A stretch of DNA of 64,000 bases. It comes from an uncultured Gemmatimonadaceae bacterium (GTDB taxonomy: Bacteria > Gemmatimonadota > Gemmatimonadetes > Gemmatimonadales > Gemmatimonadaceae). Shown piece after piece: positions 1 to 9,693 of the stretch. The position numbers were made by a program, and so were the translations under genes. Numbering within the stretch: position 1 is the first letter of the stretch; every line of letters begins with the position of its first letter. The notes beneath the pieces are model-generated. The model saw only the letters and a program-made list of their open reading frames with translations. It was not told the DNA's origin and ran no database searches. The stretch lies in contig CAWBOC010000002.1 of NCBI GenBank assembly GCA_963790305.1, positions 96,001 through 160,000 of the forward strand, in the 5' to 3' direction.

Positions 1-59
1 CGTCGTGGTCGCCTGACGGAAAGCGCCTGGCGTTCGTAAGCAACTCGAGGATGCGATGA
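1..59 (+). CDS. 3' end of a TolB/PD40-repeat protein (partial)
   Basis: Frame from nt 3 reads SWSPDGKRLAFVSNSRMR*; TGA overlaps the next ATG (ATGA). Confidence 0.6.
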   Translation, partial: SWSPDGKRLAFVSNSRMR

Positions 60-2149
60 TGCGTTTCCATGCTCTCGCGGTGGCGGCGGCGATGATCTGC
101 TGCTCCCCTTCGCGCGTGTCGCAATCGCCACCCAATGATCTCGCGGCTCGCGTGACCATCTATCGCGACACGTACGGCATTCCCCACGTGTTCGGCGAGA
201 CGGACGCCAGCACCATGTTCGGCTTCGCCTACGCGCAGGCGGAAGACAATTTCTGGCGCATCGAGGACAACTACATACGCTCGCTCGGCCGGCGCGCTGA
301 AGTCGACGGCGAGGACGGCGTGGGCGGCGACCGTCGCAACCACGCGCTCGAGATCCCGCGTCTCGCTCGGGAAGAGTATGCGCGCCTGCCACAACCGATG
401 CGCGCGCTGCTCGATGCCTTCGCCGCGGGGCTCAACGCGTACCTCGCCGATCATCCCGAGGTGCGTCCGCGAGTGTTGACCCGCTTCGAACCATGGTTTC
501 CGCTCGCGTACATTCGCTACAACTACTACCAGAGCGGCTTCTTCTGGGGCGCGGGTTTCCGCCCCGCCGACCTCCAGGTTGCGCTGGATGATTCGCTGCT
601 CGACTCGAAGCATCTCGGATCGAATGGGTGGGTAATCGGTCCGAGCAAGAGCGCGACCGGCCACGCGATGCTGTTCATCAATCCGCATCTGCCGTTCTTC
701 GGCTACGGCCAGGTCTACGAAGGTCACATCAGGAGCGCCGAAGGCTGGAACTTCACCGGGTACACCCGCCTCGGGTTTCCCTTTCCGTACGTGGGGCATA
801 ACGAGTCGCTCGGCTGGGTGAGCACCGACAACTCCGCCGATCAGGCCGATCTCTATGCCGAGACGTTCGACGATCCCGCGCGCCCGCTCGCGTATCGCTA
901 TGGAACGGGCTATCGCCTGGCGACGGCCTGGACCGACACGATCCTGGTGAAGACCGGCACAGGGATGGAGCGGCGGGCCATCACGCTCCGAAAGACGCAT
1001 CACGGGCCCATCCTCGGCATGCGCGATGGCAAACCGCTTGCCCTCAAGATGGCGAAGCTCGAGAGCGACGGCTGGTTAGGCGAGTGGTACGCCATGACCC
1101 GCGCGCGCCGAGTGTCGGAGCTCGAAAACGCAATGCGGCCGCTGAACATGCTGTTCGGCAACGTCATGGCGGCGGACGCGGACGGGAACACCTTCTACCT
1201 CTACAACGCAGCGGTGCCGGTACGCGACCCGCGCTTCGACTGGTCCGGGGCGGTCAATGGCAGCGATCCGGCGACCGAATGGCGCGGCTATCACGCGTTC
1301 GAAGACCTGCCGCAGCTCACCAATCCGCCCACGGGGTGGATGCAGAACTGCAACACGACACCCTTTCTGCTCACGAGCAGCGGCAATCCCGATCCCTCCA
1401 GGTTTCCGCGGTACATGGTGACCGAGGGCGACAACTGGCGCGGGCTCGTTTCCCGCCGGATTCTCGAATCGACGCCCAAGTTCACCTGGGACGGCTGGGT
1501 GCGCGCCGCGTTCGACACGTACGCCATCGCCGCCGATTCGCTATTGCCCGGCTTGCTGCGCGACTTCGCGGCGGACTCCGCACGCAACGGTCGCCTCGCT
1601 TCCGCGATCGACACACTGACGCGTTGGAATCGGCGAAGCGATACCGCCTCGGTCGCGATGACGTTGTTCGATCGCTGGCAGGACGCGCTGCGGCCAGGCA
1701 TAACGAGGCTTGCGGCGCTGGACACCGCGGTGGCTCGCCTGGAGCGTGACTGGGGTACGTGGCGGGTGCGCTGGGGCGAGATCAATCGTCTTCAGCGCGT
1801 CGACGAGCGCGTGGACCAGCAGTTCTCCGACGTCCGGCCCAGCATTCCGGTGATGGGCGCGGGCGGCCAGCACGGGACCGTGTTCACGTATTACGCCGCG
1901 CCCGTGTCCGGCCAGAAGCGGCGGTATGGCGTAGCCGGTGGGTCGTACGTCAGCGTGGTGGAATTCGGTCCGACGGTGCGGCGACTGGCGGTGCACACGA
2001 TGGGCGCCAGCGGGGATCCGCAGTCGCCGCACTACTTCGATCAAGCCCCGTTGTATGCACGCGGCCAGTTCAGGCCGGCGTGGTTTACGCTCGAAGAGAT
2101 CAAGGCAAACCTGGAGCGAGAATACAAACCGAGGCGCTCCGGACAATGA
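56..2149 (+). CDS. Penicillin acylase family Ntn-hydrolase, exported
   Basis: IYRDTYGIPHV, FGFAYAQAEDN, beta-subunit start SNGWVIG, NPHLP; signal peptide. Confidence 0.9.
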   Translation: MMRFHALAVAAAMICCSPSRVSQSPPNDLAARVTIYRDTYGIPHVFGETDASTMFGFAYAQAEDNFWRIEDNYIRSLGRRAEVDGEDGVGGDRRNHALEIPRLAREEYARLPQPMRALLDAFAAGLNAYLADHPEVRPRVLTRFEPWFPLAYIRYNYYQSGFFWGAGFRPADLQVALDDSLLDSKHLGSNGWVIGPSKSATGHAMLFINPHLPFFGYGQVYEGHIRSAEGWNFTGYTRLGFPFPYVGHNESLGWVSTDNSADQADLYAETFDDPARPLAYRYGTGYRLATAWTDTILVKTGTGMERRAITLRKTHHGPILGMRDGKPLALKMAKLESDGWLGEWYAMTRARRVSELENAMRPLNMLFGNVMAADADGNTFYLYNAAVPVRDPRFDWSGAVNGSDPATEWRGYHAFEDLPQLTNPPTGWMQNCNTTPFLLTSSGNPDPSRFPRYMVTEGDNWRGLVSRRILESTPKFTWDGWVRAAFDTYAIAADSLLPGLLRDFAADSARNGRLASAIDTLTRWNRRSDTASVAMTLFDRWQDALRPGITRLAALDTAVARLERDWGTWRVRWGEINRLQRVDERVDQQFSDVRPSIPVMGAGGQHGTVFTYYAAPVSGQKRRYGVAGGSYVSVVEFGPTVRRLAVHTMGASGDPQSPHYFDQAPLYARGQFRPAWFTLEEIKANLEREYKPRRSGQ

Positions 2150-2727
2150 AGAAAGTCATCCTGCAGGAGTTCGTGTCGCTCGACGGCCTCGCCGCGGGCC
2201 CGAATGACAGTGTCGACTTCGTCCCCGCGTCCATGCAGGGCGACCAGCGATTCGGTCAACGCCAGACAGAATTTCTCGATTCCATCGACACGATTCTGCT
2301 CGGACGCGTGACATACGAGATGTTCGCGCAGCACTGGCCCAAGGTCACATCAGGACCCGACCAGCCCTTCGCCGACAAGTTGAACGCGATTCCAAAGGTC
2401 GTGTTCTCCAGCACGCTCGACCGAGCGCCGTGGGGCTCATACCCTGACGCCAAGGTCGTGAAGACTGCCGCTGTGAAGGAAGTGGCGAAGCTGAGGCAAG
2501 GATCCGGGAAGGACATGGTGATCTGGGGGAGCATATCGCTCGCGCAGTCACTCATGAACGAAGGGCTGATCGACGAATACCAGTTGGTGGTGTGCCCGCT
2601 GGTCCTCGGAAGAGGACGATCGCTCTTTCCCGAGAAGAACGACGCAGCCAACATGAAGCTGCTCACGACGCAGCCGTTCGACCGCGGTGCGGTTCTCCTC
2701 GCGTACACGGCGGCCAAGACGCGATAG
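2146..2727 (+). CDS. Dihydrofolate reductase-like (RibD C-terminal domain) protein
   Basis: MKKVILQEFVSLDG, LLGRVTY, IWGSISLAQSL, LIDEYQLVVCPLVLGRG; ATGA overlap with the acylase stop. Confidence 0.9.
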   Translation: MKKVILQEFVSLDGLAAGPNDSVDFVPASMQGDQRFGQRQTEFLDSIDTILLGRVTYEMFAQHWPKVTSGPDQPFADKLNAIPKVVFSSTLDRAPWGSYPDAKVVKTAAVKEVAKLRQGSGKDMVIWGSISLAQSLMNEGLIDEYQLVVCPLVLGRGRSLFPEKNDAANMKLLTTQPFDRGAVLLAYTAAKTR

Positions 2728-2741
2728 CGCGGAAACTACCA

Positions 2742-3245
2742 ATGCATTTCTTGACCATCGTGAAGCCTGTCAGCGCAGTCGCGATCTCCCTCCACATCCT
2801 GGGGGCCGCGTGCTCCCCGACATCTCGCGAGTCTCCGAGTGACGCGAACGCCGGCATCGACTCACTGAACGCTCGCCTGGTGCAGGCATATCGTACTCGG
2901 GATCCTCGAGCCTACGGGACGCTGTACACCGACAGCGCGGTGTTCGAATGGCCGGCGTTCAATACGGTTCGAGGCCGCGCCGGGATGGAGGCGATGGCGC
3001 GCAGCAATTGGGCCGCCCTCAACGACATGGACCTGCGGCTGTCTGTTGCGTCTCGGCGCGTCGCATCCGATCACGCCACCGAATTCGGGGCGTTCGAACA
3101 ATCCTGGCGGGACTCCAGTGGCGCGCGCATGGCGGAGTTCGGCCGATACGTGGCCGTTGTCGCCCGCGGCAACGATGGCACGTGGCGGATCGACCGGTTC
3201 TTTGGCTTTTCAGACTCGACCAGGCCCGTGACGGCGAGGCCGTGA
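2742..3245 (+). CDS. NTF2/SnoaL-like (DUF4440) putative lipoprotein
   Basis: LGAAC lipobox-like; LYTDSAVFEWP..VRGR; GRYVAVV..DGTWRI. Confidence 0.7.
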   Translation: MHFLTIVKPVSAVAISLHILGAACSPTSRESPSDANAGIDSLNARLVQAYRTRDPRAYGTLYTDSAVFEWPAFNTVRGRAGMEAMARSNWAALNDMDLRLSVASRRVASDHATEFGAFEQSWRDSSGARMAEFGRYVAVVARGNDGTWRIDRFFGFSDSTRPVTARP

Positions 3246-3249
3246 GCGC

Positions 3250-5640
3250 CTAACGGAACGGGGGAAACGCGCCGGAGTTCAGCAGGCTCCAACGCTTGTC
3301 CGGCGCATTTCCAGCGTCCTCGTTCGCGATCGGCAACGTGAATAGGAAGCTGCTTCCCTCGCCAGGCTCGCTCTCGACCCAGATCTTTCCGCCGTGGGCT
3401 TCGACGATCCCCTTCGCGATCGCCAGGCCAAGACCAATGCCGCGGTGATCCCGCCGGTTCGCCTGCCAGAACTGTCCGAAGATGTGCGGGAGATGCTCGG
3501 CGGCGATTCCCGGGCCCGTATCACGAACCTCGAATTGCACCGCGCCCTCGGCAGGCCTGCAGCGCAGGACGACGCGGCCTCCTCTCGGTGTGAACTTGAT
3601 CGCGTTGCCGATCAAGTTCGAGAACACCTGCTGTACGCAATGGGGATCGGCCAACACCGGCTCGTCGTCGCCCGCTTCCATGGCGAGATCGACCGAGCTC
3701 GACGTCGCCAGCGATCGCAGCGTCTCGACCGCCTCGACGACGAGTGACTGGGAGGACATGCGACGTGTCTCGATGGCGAGGCGTCCGCTCTCCATGCGCT
3801 TCACATCGAGCAGGTCCTGCACGAGCCGGTTCATCCGTTCGCCAGCGCGTTGCACGATCGACGCGTGACGACGCGTCGGCGAGTCCGGCGGAGCGGAATC
3901 GAGAAGCAGCTCGGCCGCCATGAGCATCGTGTTGAGCGGATTGCGCAAGTCGTGCGCGACGACGCCGAGCATCTGGTCACGCGATCGCGTCGCCTGCTCG
4001 CTCTCGTGATAGAGCCGCGCATTCTCGACCGCGAGCGCGGCCCGCCGCGCGAGCTCCTCCGCCAGCTCGAGGTCCCGCTCATTGTACCGCCGGCTGTCGC
4101 CGGTCGTAAACCACACCACCGCCCCGATGATCTTGTCCGCCACCTTCAACGGGACTGCGGCAACTGATGTCGGCGCCAGGGCGAGAATGACGGCTTCATG
4201 CTCCTTATCGAGAGCATGCTGGGCAATGAGCGTGTTGTCGATCTCGGAGATGAGCGTGGGCTCTCCGTCCATCAGAGCGCGATGCAGATGGGGAACGAGT
4301 CGGCCCTCGCGTACCCACTTCGTGATGTGCTGCAGCAGCGGTTCCTTTTCTGGATCGGCGTGCGCGATGCCAAGGCGCTGCACCGCGCCGTTCCGGTCCA
4401 GGATGTCCACCGTGCAGAAGTCCGCGAACGTCGGCACGGCGAGCTGGGCCAGGTTGGCGAGCGTCGTGTGATAGTCGAACGACGCGCTGAGCAGCCGGCT
4501 CGCGTCAGCGAGAAATTCCGCGCGACGCTGCTCCTCCTCGGCGGCGGAGCGCCGAGTCTGCTCTTCGATGAGCTTGAGCGCGGTGAGCTCGGCCTCGTGC
4601 TGCTCGGTAATGTCCTGTCCCGCGCCAATGATCTGCGCCGGCAGGCCCGCGTCATCCAGGACGACGCGTCCCTCCACATTGAAGACCCGTATCTCATCCG
4701 GCGGACGGACGATACGATGCTTGACCTTGAAGCTCGTCCCTGCCGTAACGGCCGCGTCGATCGTCTCGCGGACCAGGTCGAAGTCATCGGGATGAACGCG
4801 CTGCAAGATCACTCCCGGAGAGAGCCTGGTGTCGGGCTCGAATCCGTATATCCGATACAGCTCGTCGGATCCACGGAGCTCGTTCGTGGCGATGTCCCAC
4901 ACGAAGCTCCCCACGTGTGCGATCGACTGCGCTTCGGCCAGCTGTGCCTCGCGGCTGCGGAGCTCCGCCTCCACGAGCTGCCGCTGGCGAACGTCCTCGC
5001 GCAGCGCCTCTTCCACACGATTGCGGTAGATCGCCGCGCCAAGCGTCGCGGCGGCGGCCCGCAGCGCCGAAATGGTGGCGCGCGCCCACTCGCGGTCGCT
5101 GTCATCGTGCGCGAAGCCGAGAAACCCCCACCAGGCTTCACCCACAAACACAGGGACCACGGCCACCGAGCGAAGCCCGAGTGACTCGAAGTAGGGGCGC
5201 TCGGACGGAGGGAACGAGGACACAGGACCGTCGAAGACGTCGCCATGCTCCAGACCGGCCCAGCGGGCCAGCCCCCTCGAAACCGGGTCGAACTCGGTCC
5301 GGGCGGGATCGTCGCCAAAGGGCTCGAAGCCTGGCGCGACCCACTCATGTTGCATTCGCATCCAGAGCGTGCCCTGGGCGTCCCGATCGGCGGCGAACAG
5401 GTAGACGCGGCTGACTTCCGCCGCGCTGCCCAGCCGGGAGAGCACGTCGCGGATGTCGCTATCCCAGTTGGCGGTTCCCAGGAATCGCGCGGCGGCGTAG
5501 GAGACCGCGTTGAGGATTGCTTCGCGTCGGCGAATCGCCGCCTCGAGACCGAGCACACGCGGGTCGTCCAACGCGCTGAGACTGGGCACCATGAACTCGC
5601 GGGTGACCGATCCCAGGGCGCGCTCCATACTCTCATTCAT
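3250..5640 (-). CDS. Soluble sensor histidine kinase (GAF-PAS-GAF-HisKA-HATPase)
   Basis: H-box [10 protein letters not shown]-box [29 protein letters not shown]; start uncertain. Confidence 0.9.
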   Translation of the reverse strand: MNESMERALGSVTREFMVPSLSALDDPRVLGLEAAIRRREAILNAVSYAAARFLGTANWDSDIRDVLSRLGSAAEVSRVYLFAADRDAQGTLWMRMQHEWVAPGFEPFGDDPARTEFDPVSRGLARWAGLEHGDVFDGPVSSFPPSERPYFESLGLRSVAVVPVFVGEAWWGFLGFAHDDSDREWARATISALRAAAATLGAAIYRNRVEEALREDVRQRQLVEAELRSREAQLAEAQSIAHVGSFVWDIATNELRGSDELYRIYGFEPDTRLSPGVILQRVHPDDFDLVRETIDAAVTAGTSFKVKHRIVRPPDEIRVFNVEGRVVLDDAGLPAQIIGAGQDITEQHEAELTALKLIEEQTRRSAAEEEQRRAEFLADASRLLSASFDYHTTLANLAQLAVPTFADFCTVDILDRNGAVQRLGIAHADPEKEPLLQHITKWVREGRLVPHLHRALMDGEPTLISEIDNTLIAQHALDKEHEAVILALAPTSVAAVPLKVADKIIGAVVWFTTGDSRRYNERDLELAEELARRAALAVENARLYHESEQATRSRDQMLGVVAHDLRNPLNTMLMAAELLLDSAPPDSPTRRHASIVQRAGERMNRLVQDLLDVKRMESGRLAIETRRMSSQSLVVEAVETLRSLATSSSVDLAMEAGDDEPVLADPHCVQQVFSNLIGNAIKFTPRGGRVVLRCRPAEGAVQFEVRDTGPGIAAEHLPHIFGQFWQANRRDHRGIGLGLAIAKGIVEAHGGKIWVESEPGEGSSFLFTLPIANEDAGNAPDKRWSLLNSGAFPPFR

Positions 5641-5840
5641 GCGAGCCACTCGCGCGCGATGGAGCAGCTATCGCGGTCGCGAGCTCCGGTGAAGGAATCG
5701 GGCGCTGGACGTACTCACATAGTGTAGCGCTTTTCGGGCTCCGGCGCACGCCGAGAAACGGTCTTTTCCATGCAGCAATCGGGGGGTGGGTGGCATCCAA
5801 CAATTCAAACTTTCGTGGCGACTCCTTCGGGGAGGCTTCA

Positions 5841-6218
5841 ATGCACGTTGGACGATTCGCCGTCGCGGCGGCCAGTGTTGGTGTAGTGCTCGGGGTGACC
5901 GTGTTGTTCCAGGGCCGTCCCGCCGCTGCGCAGGCTCAACCGGATGTGGTTCGCGCCCGCTCGATCGAGCTCGTCGACGGTCGAGGTCGCGTGCGCGCGC
6001 AGCTCAACGTCGAGTCCAGTGGCGAGGTCGTGTTCCGACTACGAGACTCCGCGGGCACGATTCGGGTCAAGCTGGGCGCATCGGAGGACGGATCTGGTCT
6101 CCTGCTCGCCAATGAGGCCACGGAGCCGGGCGTGCACATTGTCGCCAACAGACGGGCGACGTCACTGACGGTCCAGCGAGGTGAGCAGAGACGCGTCATC
6201 ACGCCCGAAGCGAGGTAG
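5841..6218 (+). CDS. Hypothetical exported protein
   Basis: GGAGG RBS, signal peptide, ELVDGRGRVRAQL repeats of beta-hairpin type. Confidence 0.6.
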   Translation: MHVGRFAVAAASVGVVLGVTVLFQGRPAAAQAQPDVVRARSIELVDGRGRVRAQLNVESSGEVVFRLRDSAGTIRVKLGASEDGSGLLLANEATEPGVHIVANRRATSLTVQRGEQRRVITPEAR

Positions 6219-6250
6219 TCGAGGTGCTCGAGCACCTCGACCACCTCGGA
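6210..6250. repeat. Inverted 9-bp tandem-repeat hairpin (TCGAGGTGC family) between convergent genes
   Basis: gcgaggtagtcgaggtgctcgagcacctcgaccacctcgg. Confidence 0.75.
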
Positions 6251-6252
6251 CT

Positions 6253-7293
6253 TCAGATCGTCGCCGGGACGCTACGCGACGAAATCGCCGCCTCTTCCTC
6301 CGTCATCTCCGCCGGAATGTCGGCAAAGAGCGGCGTGCTGAGATAGCGCTCGCCGGTATCAGGAAGCATGCAGAGAATGCCCGATCCCTTGGGCGCATCG
6401 GCGGCTATCTGGATCGCGCCCGCGAACGTGGCACCGGCCGAGACGCCAACGAAGATCCCTTCCTTTTGCGCGAGCTGACGGCTCCACTTCATCGCCTCGG
6501 GGGCCGGGATCGTGAGAACGCGGTCGACAAACCCCATGTCTACCGCATCTCCAGCGAGCTTGGGGATGAAGTCGGGGCTCCACCCCTGAATCGGGTGCGG
6601 CTTCCAGGACGGATGTCTGGACGCGGGTGATCCGTCGTCCTTCCGTGCCTGCTTCGTCCCGCTGGTGAGCATCGGTGCGTCGGCCGGCTCGCACACGATG
6701 ACCTTCGTCTCGGGACGCTCCTTGTCGAGCACGCGAGCGACGCCCTTGAGCGTGCCGCCGGTCCCGATGCCCGTGACCCAATAGTCCAGGCGCTCTCCAG
6801 CGAAATCCTTCACGATCTCGCGCGCCGTCGTTCGCGAGTGGTAATCGGAGTTCGCCTCGTTCTCGAACTGCCGCGTGAGAAACCAGCCGTTCGCCTCGGC
6901 GAGCTCTACCGCCTTCCGCACCATCCCGGTGCCGCCTTCGGGTGCAGGCGTGAGGATGACCTTGGCGCCGAGGAAGCGCATCAGTCGCCGGCGCTCGACG
7001 CTGAAGCTCTCCGCCATCGTAACGACGAGCGGGTATCCCTTCTGCGCGCACACCATCGCCAACCCGATGCCAGTGTTCCCGCTCGTCGCCTCGATCACCG
7101 TCTGCCCCGGCTTGAGCGCGCCCGTGCGCTCGGCGTCCTCGATCACCCCGAGGGCGAGGCGATCCTTGACGGATCCCAGCGGGTTGAACGCTTCGATCTT
7201 GACGTAGAGGCTGACGTGCGTGGGGGCGAGGCTGTTGATGCGGACGACAGGGGTATTGCCTACGGTTTCGAGGATGTTGGCGAAGCGAGTCAT
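6253..7293 (-). CDS. cysK: Cysteine synthase A
   Basis: VGNTPVV, NPLGSVKDR (PLP Lys), EATSGNTGIGLA, GIGTGGT, PDTGERYLST. Confidence 0.92.
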   Translation of the reverse strand: MTRFANILETVGNTPVVRINSLAPTHVSLYVKIEAFNPLGSVKDRLALGVIEDAERTGALKPGQTVIEATSGNTGIGLAMVCAQKGYPLVVTMAESFSVERRRLMRFLGAKVILTPAPEGGTGMVRKAVELAEANGWFLTRQFENEANSDYHSRTTAREIVKDFAGERLDYWVTGIGTGGTLKGVARVLDKERPETKVIVCEPADAPMLTSGTKQARKDDGSPASRHPSWKPHPIQGWSPDFIPKLAGDAVDMGFVDRVLTIPAPEAMKWSRQLAQKEGIFVGVSAGATFAGAIQIAADAPKGSGILCMLPDTGERYLSTPLFADIPAEMTEEEAAISSRSVPATI

Positions 7294-7367
7294 GGACGCT
7301 CCTCAGGTGTTGGTGCTCGCGATGATGATATTGCTAACCGCAGGCTCAGCGGCCCGGTTCCAGCAAG

Positions 7368-7502
7368 GCGAATGCGGAATGCGGAATGCGGATTGAAAGC
7401 GTAAGACCTTGAAACGTGGAGGGCTCCGAGTCACGGATCGGAGCCCTGCACCTGTACGGTCTTACGCGTTTAATCCGCATTCCGCATTCCGCATTCTCGC
7501 CC
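7368..7502. repeat. Long hairpin element with (GCGGAAT)n/(ATTCCGC)n arms and inner GC stem
   Basis: gcgaatgcggaatgcggaatgcggattgaaagcgtaagacc ... ggtcttacgcgtttaatccgcattccgcattccgcattctcgc; inner agggctccga/tcggagccct. Confidence 0.85.
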
Positions 7503-9524
7503 TTACGGTGCCTCGGCGACCGCTTCCTTCGGCGTGTACCGCTCGAACCACGACCTGAGGTACAGCTGCGTCCTCATGAAGTTCGACGGCTTCGACGACG
7601 TTCCGTGGTACTCCTCGTTGAAGCGCACCATGGCCGTCGGCACCTTCCGGTACTTCAGCGCCTGATAGTACTCCTCGGTCTGCGAGATCGGCGTCCGCAG
7701 GTCGAGCACTCCCGTCATCAGCATGGTCGGCGTCTTCACGTTGCCGACGTACATGAGGGGGGAGAGCTTGAGGTAGAGCGACGGATCCTCCCACGGCGGA
7801 TTCGGGAAGCGGTTGTATCCCCAGAGGTTGATGTCCGTCGTGCCGGCGAAGCTGAGCCAGTTCGTCACCGGACAGTTGGCTGACGCCGCCGCGAAGCGAT
7901 CGGTGTGGCCGACGATCCACGAGGTAAGCACGCCGCCGCCGCTGCAGCCGTACACGAACATTTTCTTCGCGTCGATGTAGCCGCGGCCGAGCAGGGTGTC
8001 GACCGAGGCCATCAGATCGTCGTAGTCCTTGCTCGGATAGGCATGCTTGATCGCGTTACCGAATGCGCTCCCGTAGCCCGTGCTGCCCCTCGGATTCGTG
8101 TACAGCACGACGTAGCCGTTCGCCGCGTGCTCCTGCCATCCGAAGTTGAATCCGACGTTGTACATCGCGTGTGGTCCGCCATGAATCACCAGCATCATGG
8201 GGTATTTGCGGCGCGGATCGAAGTCGGGCGGCTTGACGACCCATCCCTGAATGCGATAGTCGTCCAGCGACTTGACCCACAGCTCCTCGACGGCGCCTAA
8301 CGTCTTGCCGGCGAGCACATCCTCGTTGACGCTCGTCAGGCGGCGAATCGCCCCGGGCGTCTTGAGCGCGAAGGTGACGACGTCGGTCGGGGCCTGGAAG
8401 CTGCTCTGCAGCCCGACCGCGGTCGCGCCGCGAATGTCGGTAATGGTGAGGAGGTGCGCTCCGGTCGTGATGGCGCGCGGCTCGCCACGGAGCGGCGCGA
8501 ACCAGAGGTTGCGCGAGCCCTTGTCCTCGACCGTGAAGTAGATCCCGGAGCCATCGCCCGCCCACTCGAGCTGCATTGGCGAGCGGTCGAGCGACGCGGT
8601 CAGCGCGCGCGGGCTCGAGCCGTCGGCGTTCATCACGTAGAGGGTTGCGTCACGCCAGGTGTCGTCCGTCCAGTCGAAGCCGGTGTAGGCGATCAGCCGT
8701 CCATCGGGGGAGACGACGGGGTCACCGTCGGGACCCTTCCGGGTGGTGAGCTGCTTCACCTCACCCGAGGCAACGTCCACCGCGTAGACTTCGCTCTCGT
8801 TGAACTGGTAGTCCGCGTCCGGATCGCGAAGCGCGCCGAACACGAGTCGGCGGCCGTCCGGGCTCCAGCGCCCCGGGCCGTGCTCGAAGTCCCCGCTCGT
8901 GAGCTGCCGAGGGGTTCCTCCATCAGCGGGGACGATGAAGAGGTGACGATATCCGTCGTCGACGTAGCCCTGCCTATCGAGCCGGTAGCGGAATCGAGTG
9001 ACGACCCGCGGCGGCTCCGTCCATTTCGCCCCCTTGGGCGCGGCGGGCATCCCAATGTCCCACTTCTCCTTGCTGAGCACGAGCATGCGGAACGCGAGGG
9101 ACTTCCCGTCGGGCGACCACTCGAGGTCGGCCGGCGACTCGGTCACGCGAGTGAGCTGCGATGTCCCGCCTTCGGCATCCATCCATCGAACGAACAGCTG
9201 CGTTCCGCTGGGCTCGCCCTTGGCGAGGTACGCGAGGCGGGTCCCATCGGGCGACCATTTGGGGCTCGATCCGTTGACGAGGAAGCGATTCCGCGACCCG
9301 TCGGCGTTCATGATCCACAGCGAGGCTTCCCACTTGTCGTTGAGCTTGTCGACCCAGCGGCGCGTGTAAATGACCTGACGCCCGTCGGGTGAGAGCTGTG
9401 GGTCTGCGACATCCTCCCACTCCAGATAGTCGGCGAGCGCGAGTCGCTTGGCCGGCGCTTGCGCGGCGAGGGAGGCGGCAACGACGAAGGACGCGAGGAA
9501 CGCGGTGAGACGAAGGGTAGGCAC
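7503..9524 (-). CDS. S9 family peptidase (dipeptidyl/acylaminoacyl peptidase) with PD40 propeller
   Basis: IHGGPH, NPRGSTGYG, GCSGGG nucleophile, DLRTP, EYHG; WSPDG repeats; GTG start inferred. Confidence 0.9.
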   Translation of the reverse strand: MPTLRLTAFLASFVVAASLAAQAPAKRLALADYLEWEDVADPQLSPDGRQVIYTRRWVDKLNDKWEASLWIMNADGSRNRFLVNGSSPKWSPDGTRLAYLAKGEPSGTQLFVRWMDAEGGTSQLTRVTESPADLEWSPDGKSLAFRMLVLSKEKWDIGMPAAPKGAKWTEPPRVVTRFRYRLDRQGYVDDGYRHLFIVPADGGTPRQLTSGDFEHGPGRWSPDGRRLVFGALRDPDADYQFNESEVYAVDVASGEVKQLTTRKGPDGDPVVSPDGRLIAYTGFDWTDDTWRDATLYVMNADGSSPRALTASLDRSPMQLEWAGDGSGIYFTVEDKGSRNLWFAPLRGEPRAITTGAHLLTITDIRGATAVGLQSSFQAPTDVVTFALKTPGAIRRLTSVNEDVLAGKTLGAVEELWVKSLDDYRIQGWVVKPPDFDPRRKYPMMLVIHGGPHAMYNVGFNFGWQEHAANGYVVLYTNPRGSTGYGSAFGNAIKHAYPSKDYDDLMASVDTLLGRGYIDAKKMFVYGCSGGGVLTSWIVGHTDRFAAASANCPVTNWLSFAGTTDINLWGYNRFPNPPWEDPSLYLKLSPLMYVGNVKTPTMLMTGVLDLRTPISQTEEYYQALKYRKVPTAMVRFNEEYHGTSSKPSNFMRTQLYLRSWFERYTPKEAVAEAP

Positions 9525-9587
9525 GGGAGCCCCGGGAGAAGGGAGGTATCTATTCTGGCTCACGGGCGCCATTCGCGCTACTCTCGA

Positions 9588-9693
9588 GAGGTCGTCGAGG
9601 ATGTCGAGGTGGTCGAGGTAATCGAGGTGCAAAACGCATCGCATTCCAGCAGATTCAGCCCCTTGGCCACCTCGACCACCTCGACCACCTCGG
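9588..9693. repeat. Inverted 9-bp tandem repeats (TCGAGGTGG family) between divergent genes
   Basis: gaggtcgtcgaggatgtcgaggtggtcgaggtaatcgaggtgc ... cacctcgaccacctcgaccacctcgg. Confidence 0.75.

Noticed and set aside
4198..5184. Long antisense or alternate-frame ORFs (also 29990..31291, 40500..41777, 58559..59977, 60153..61493)
   Set aside because: Shadow ORFs of real genes in high-GC DNA, with no recognisable motifs
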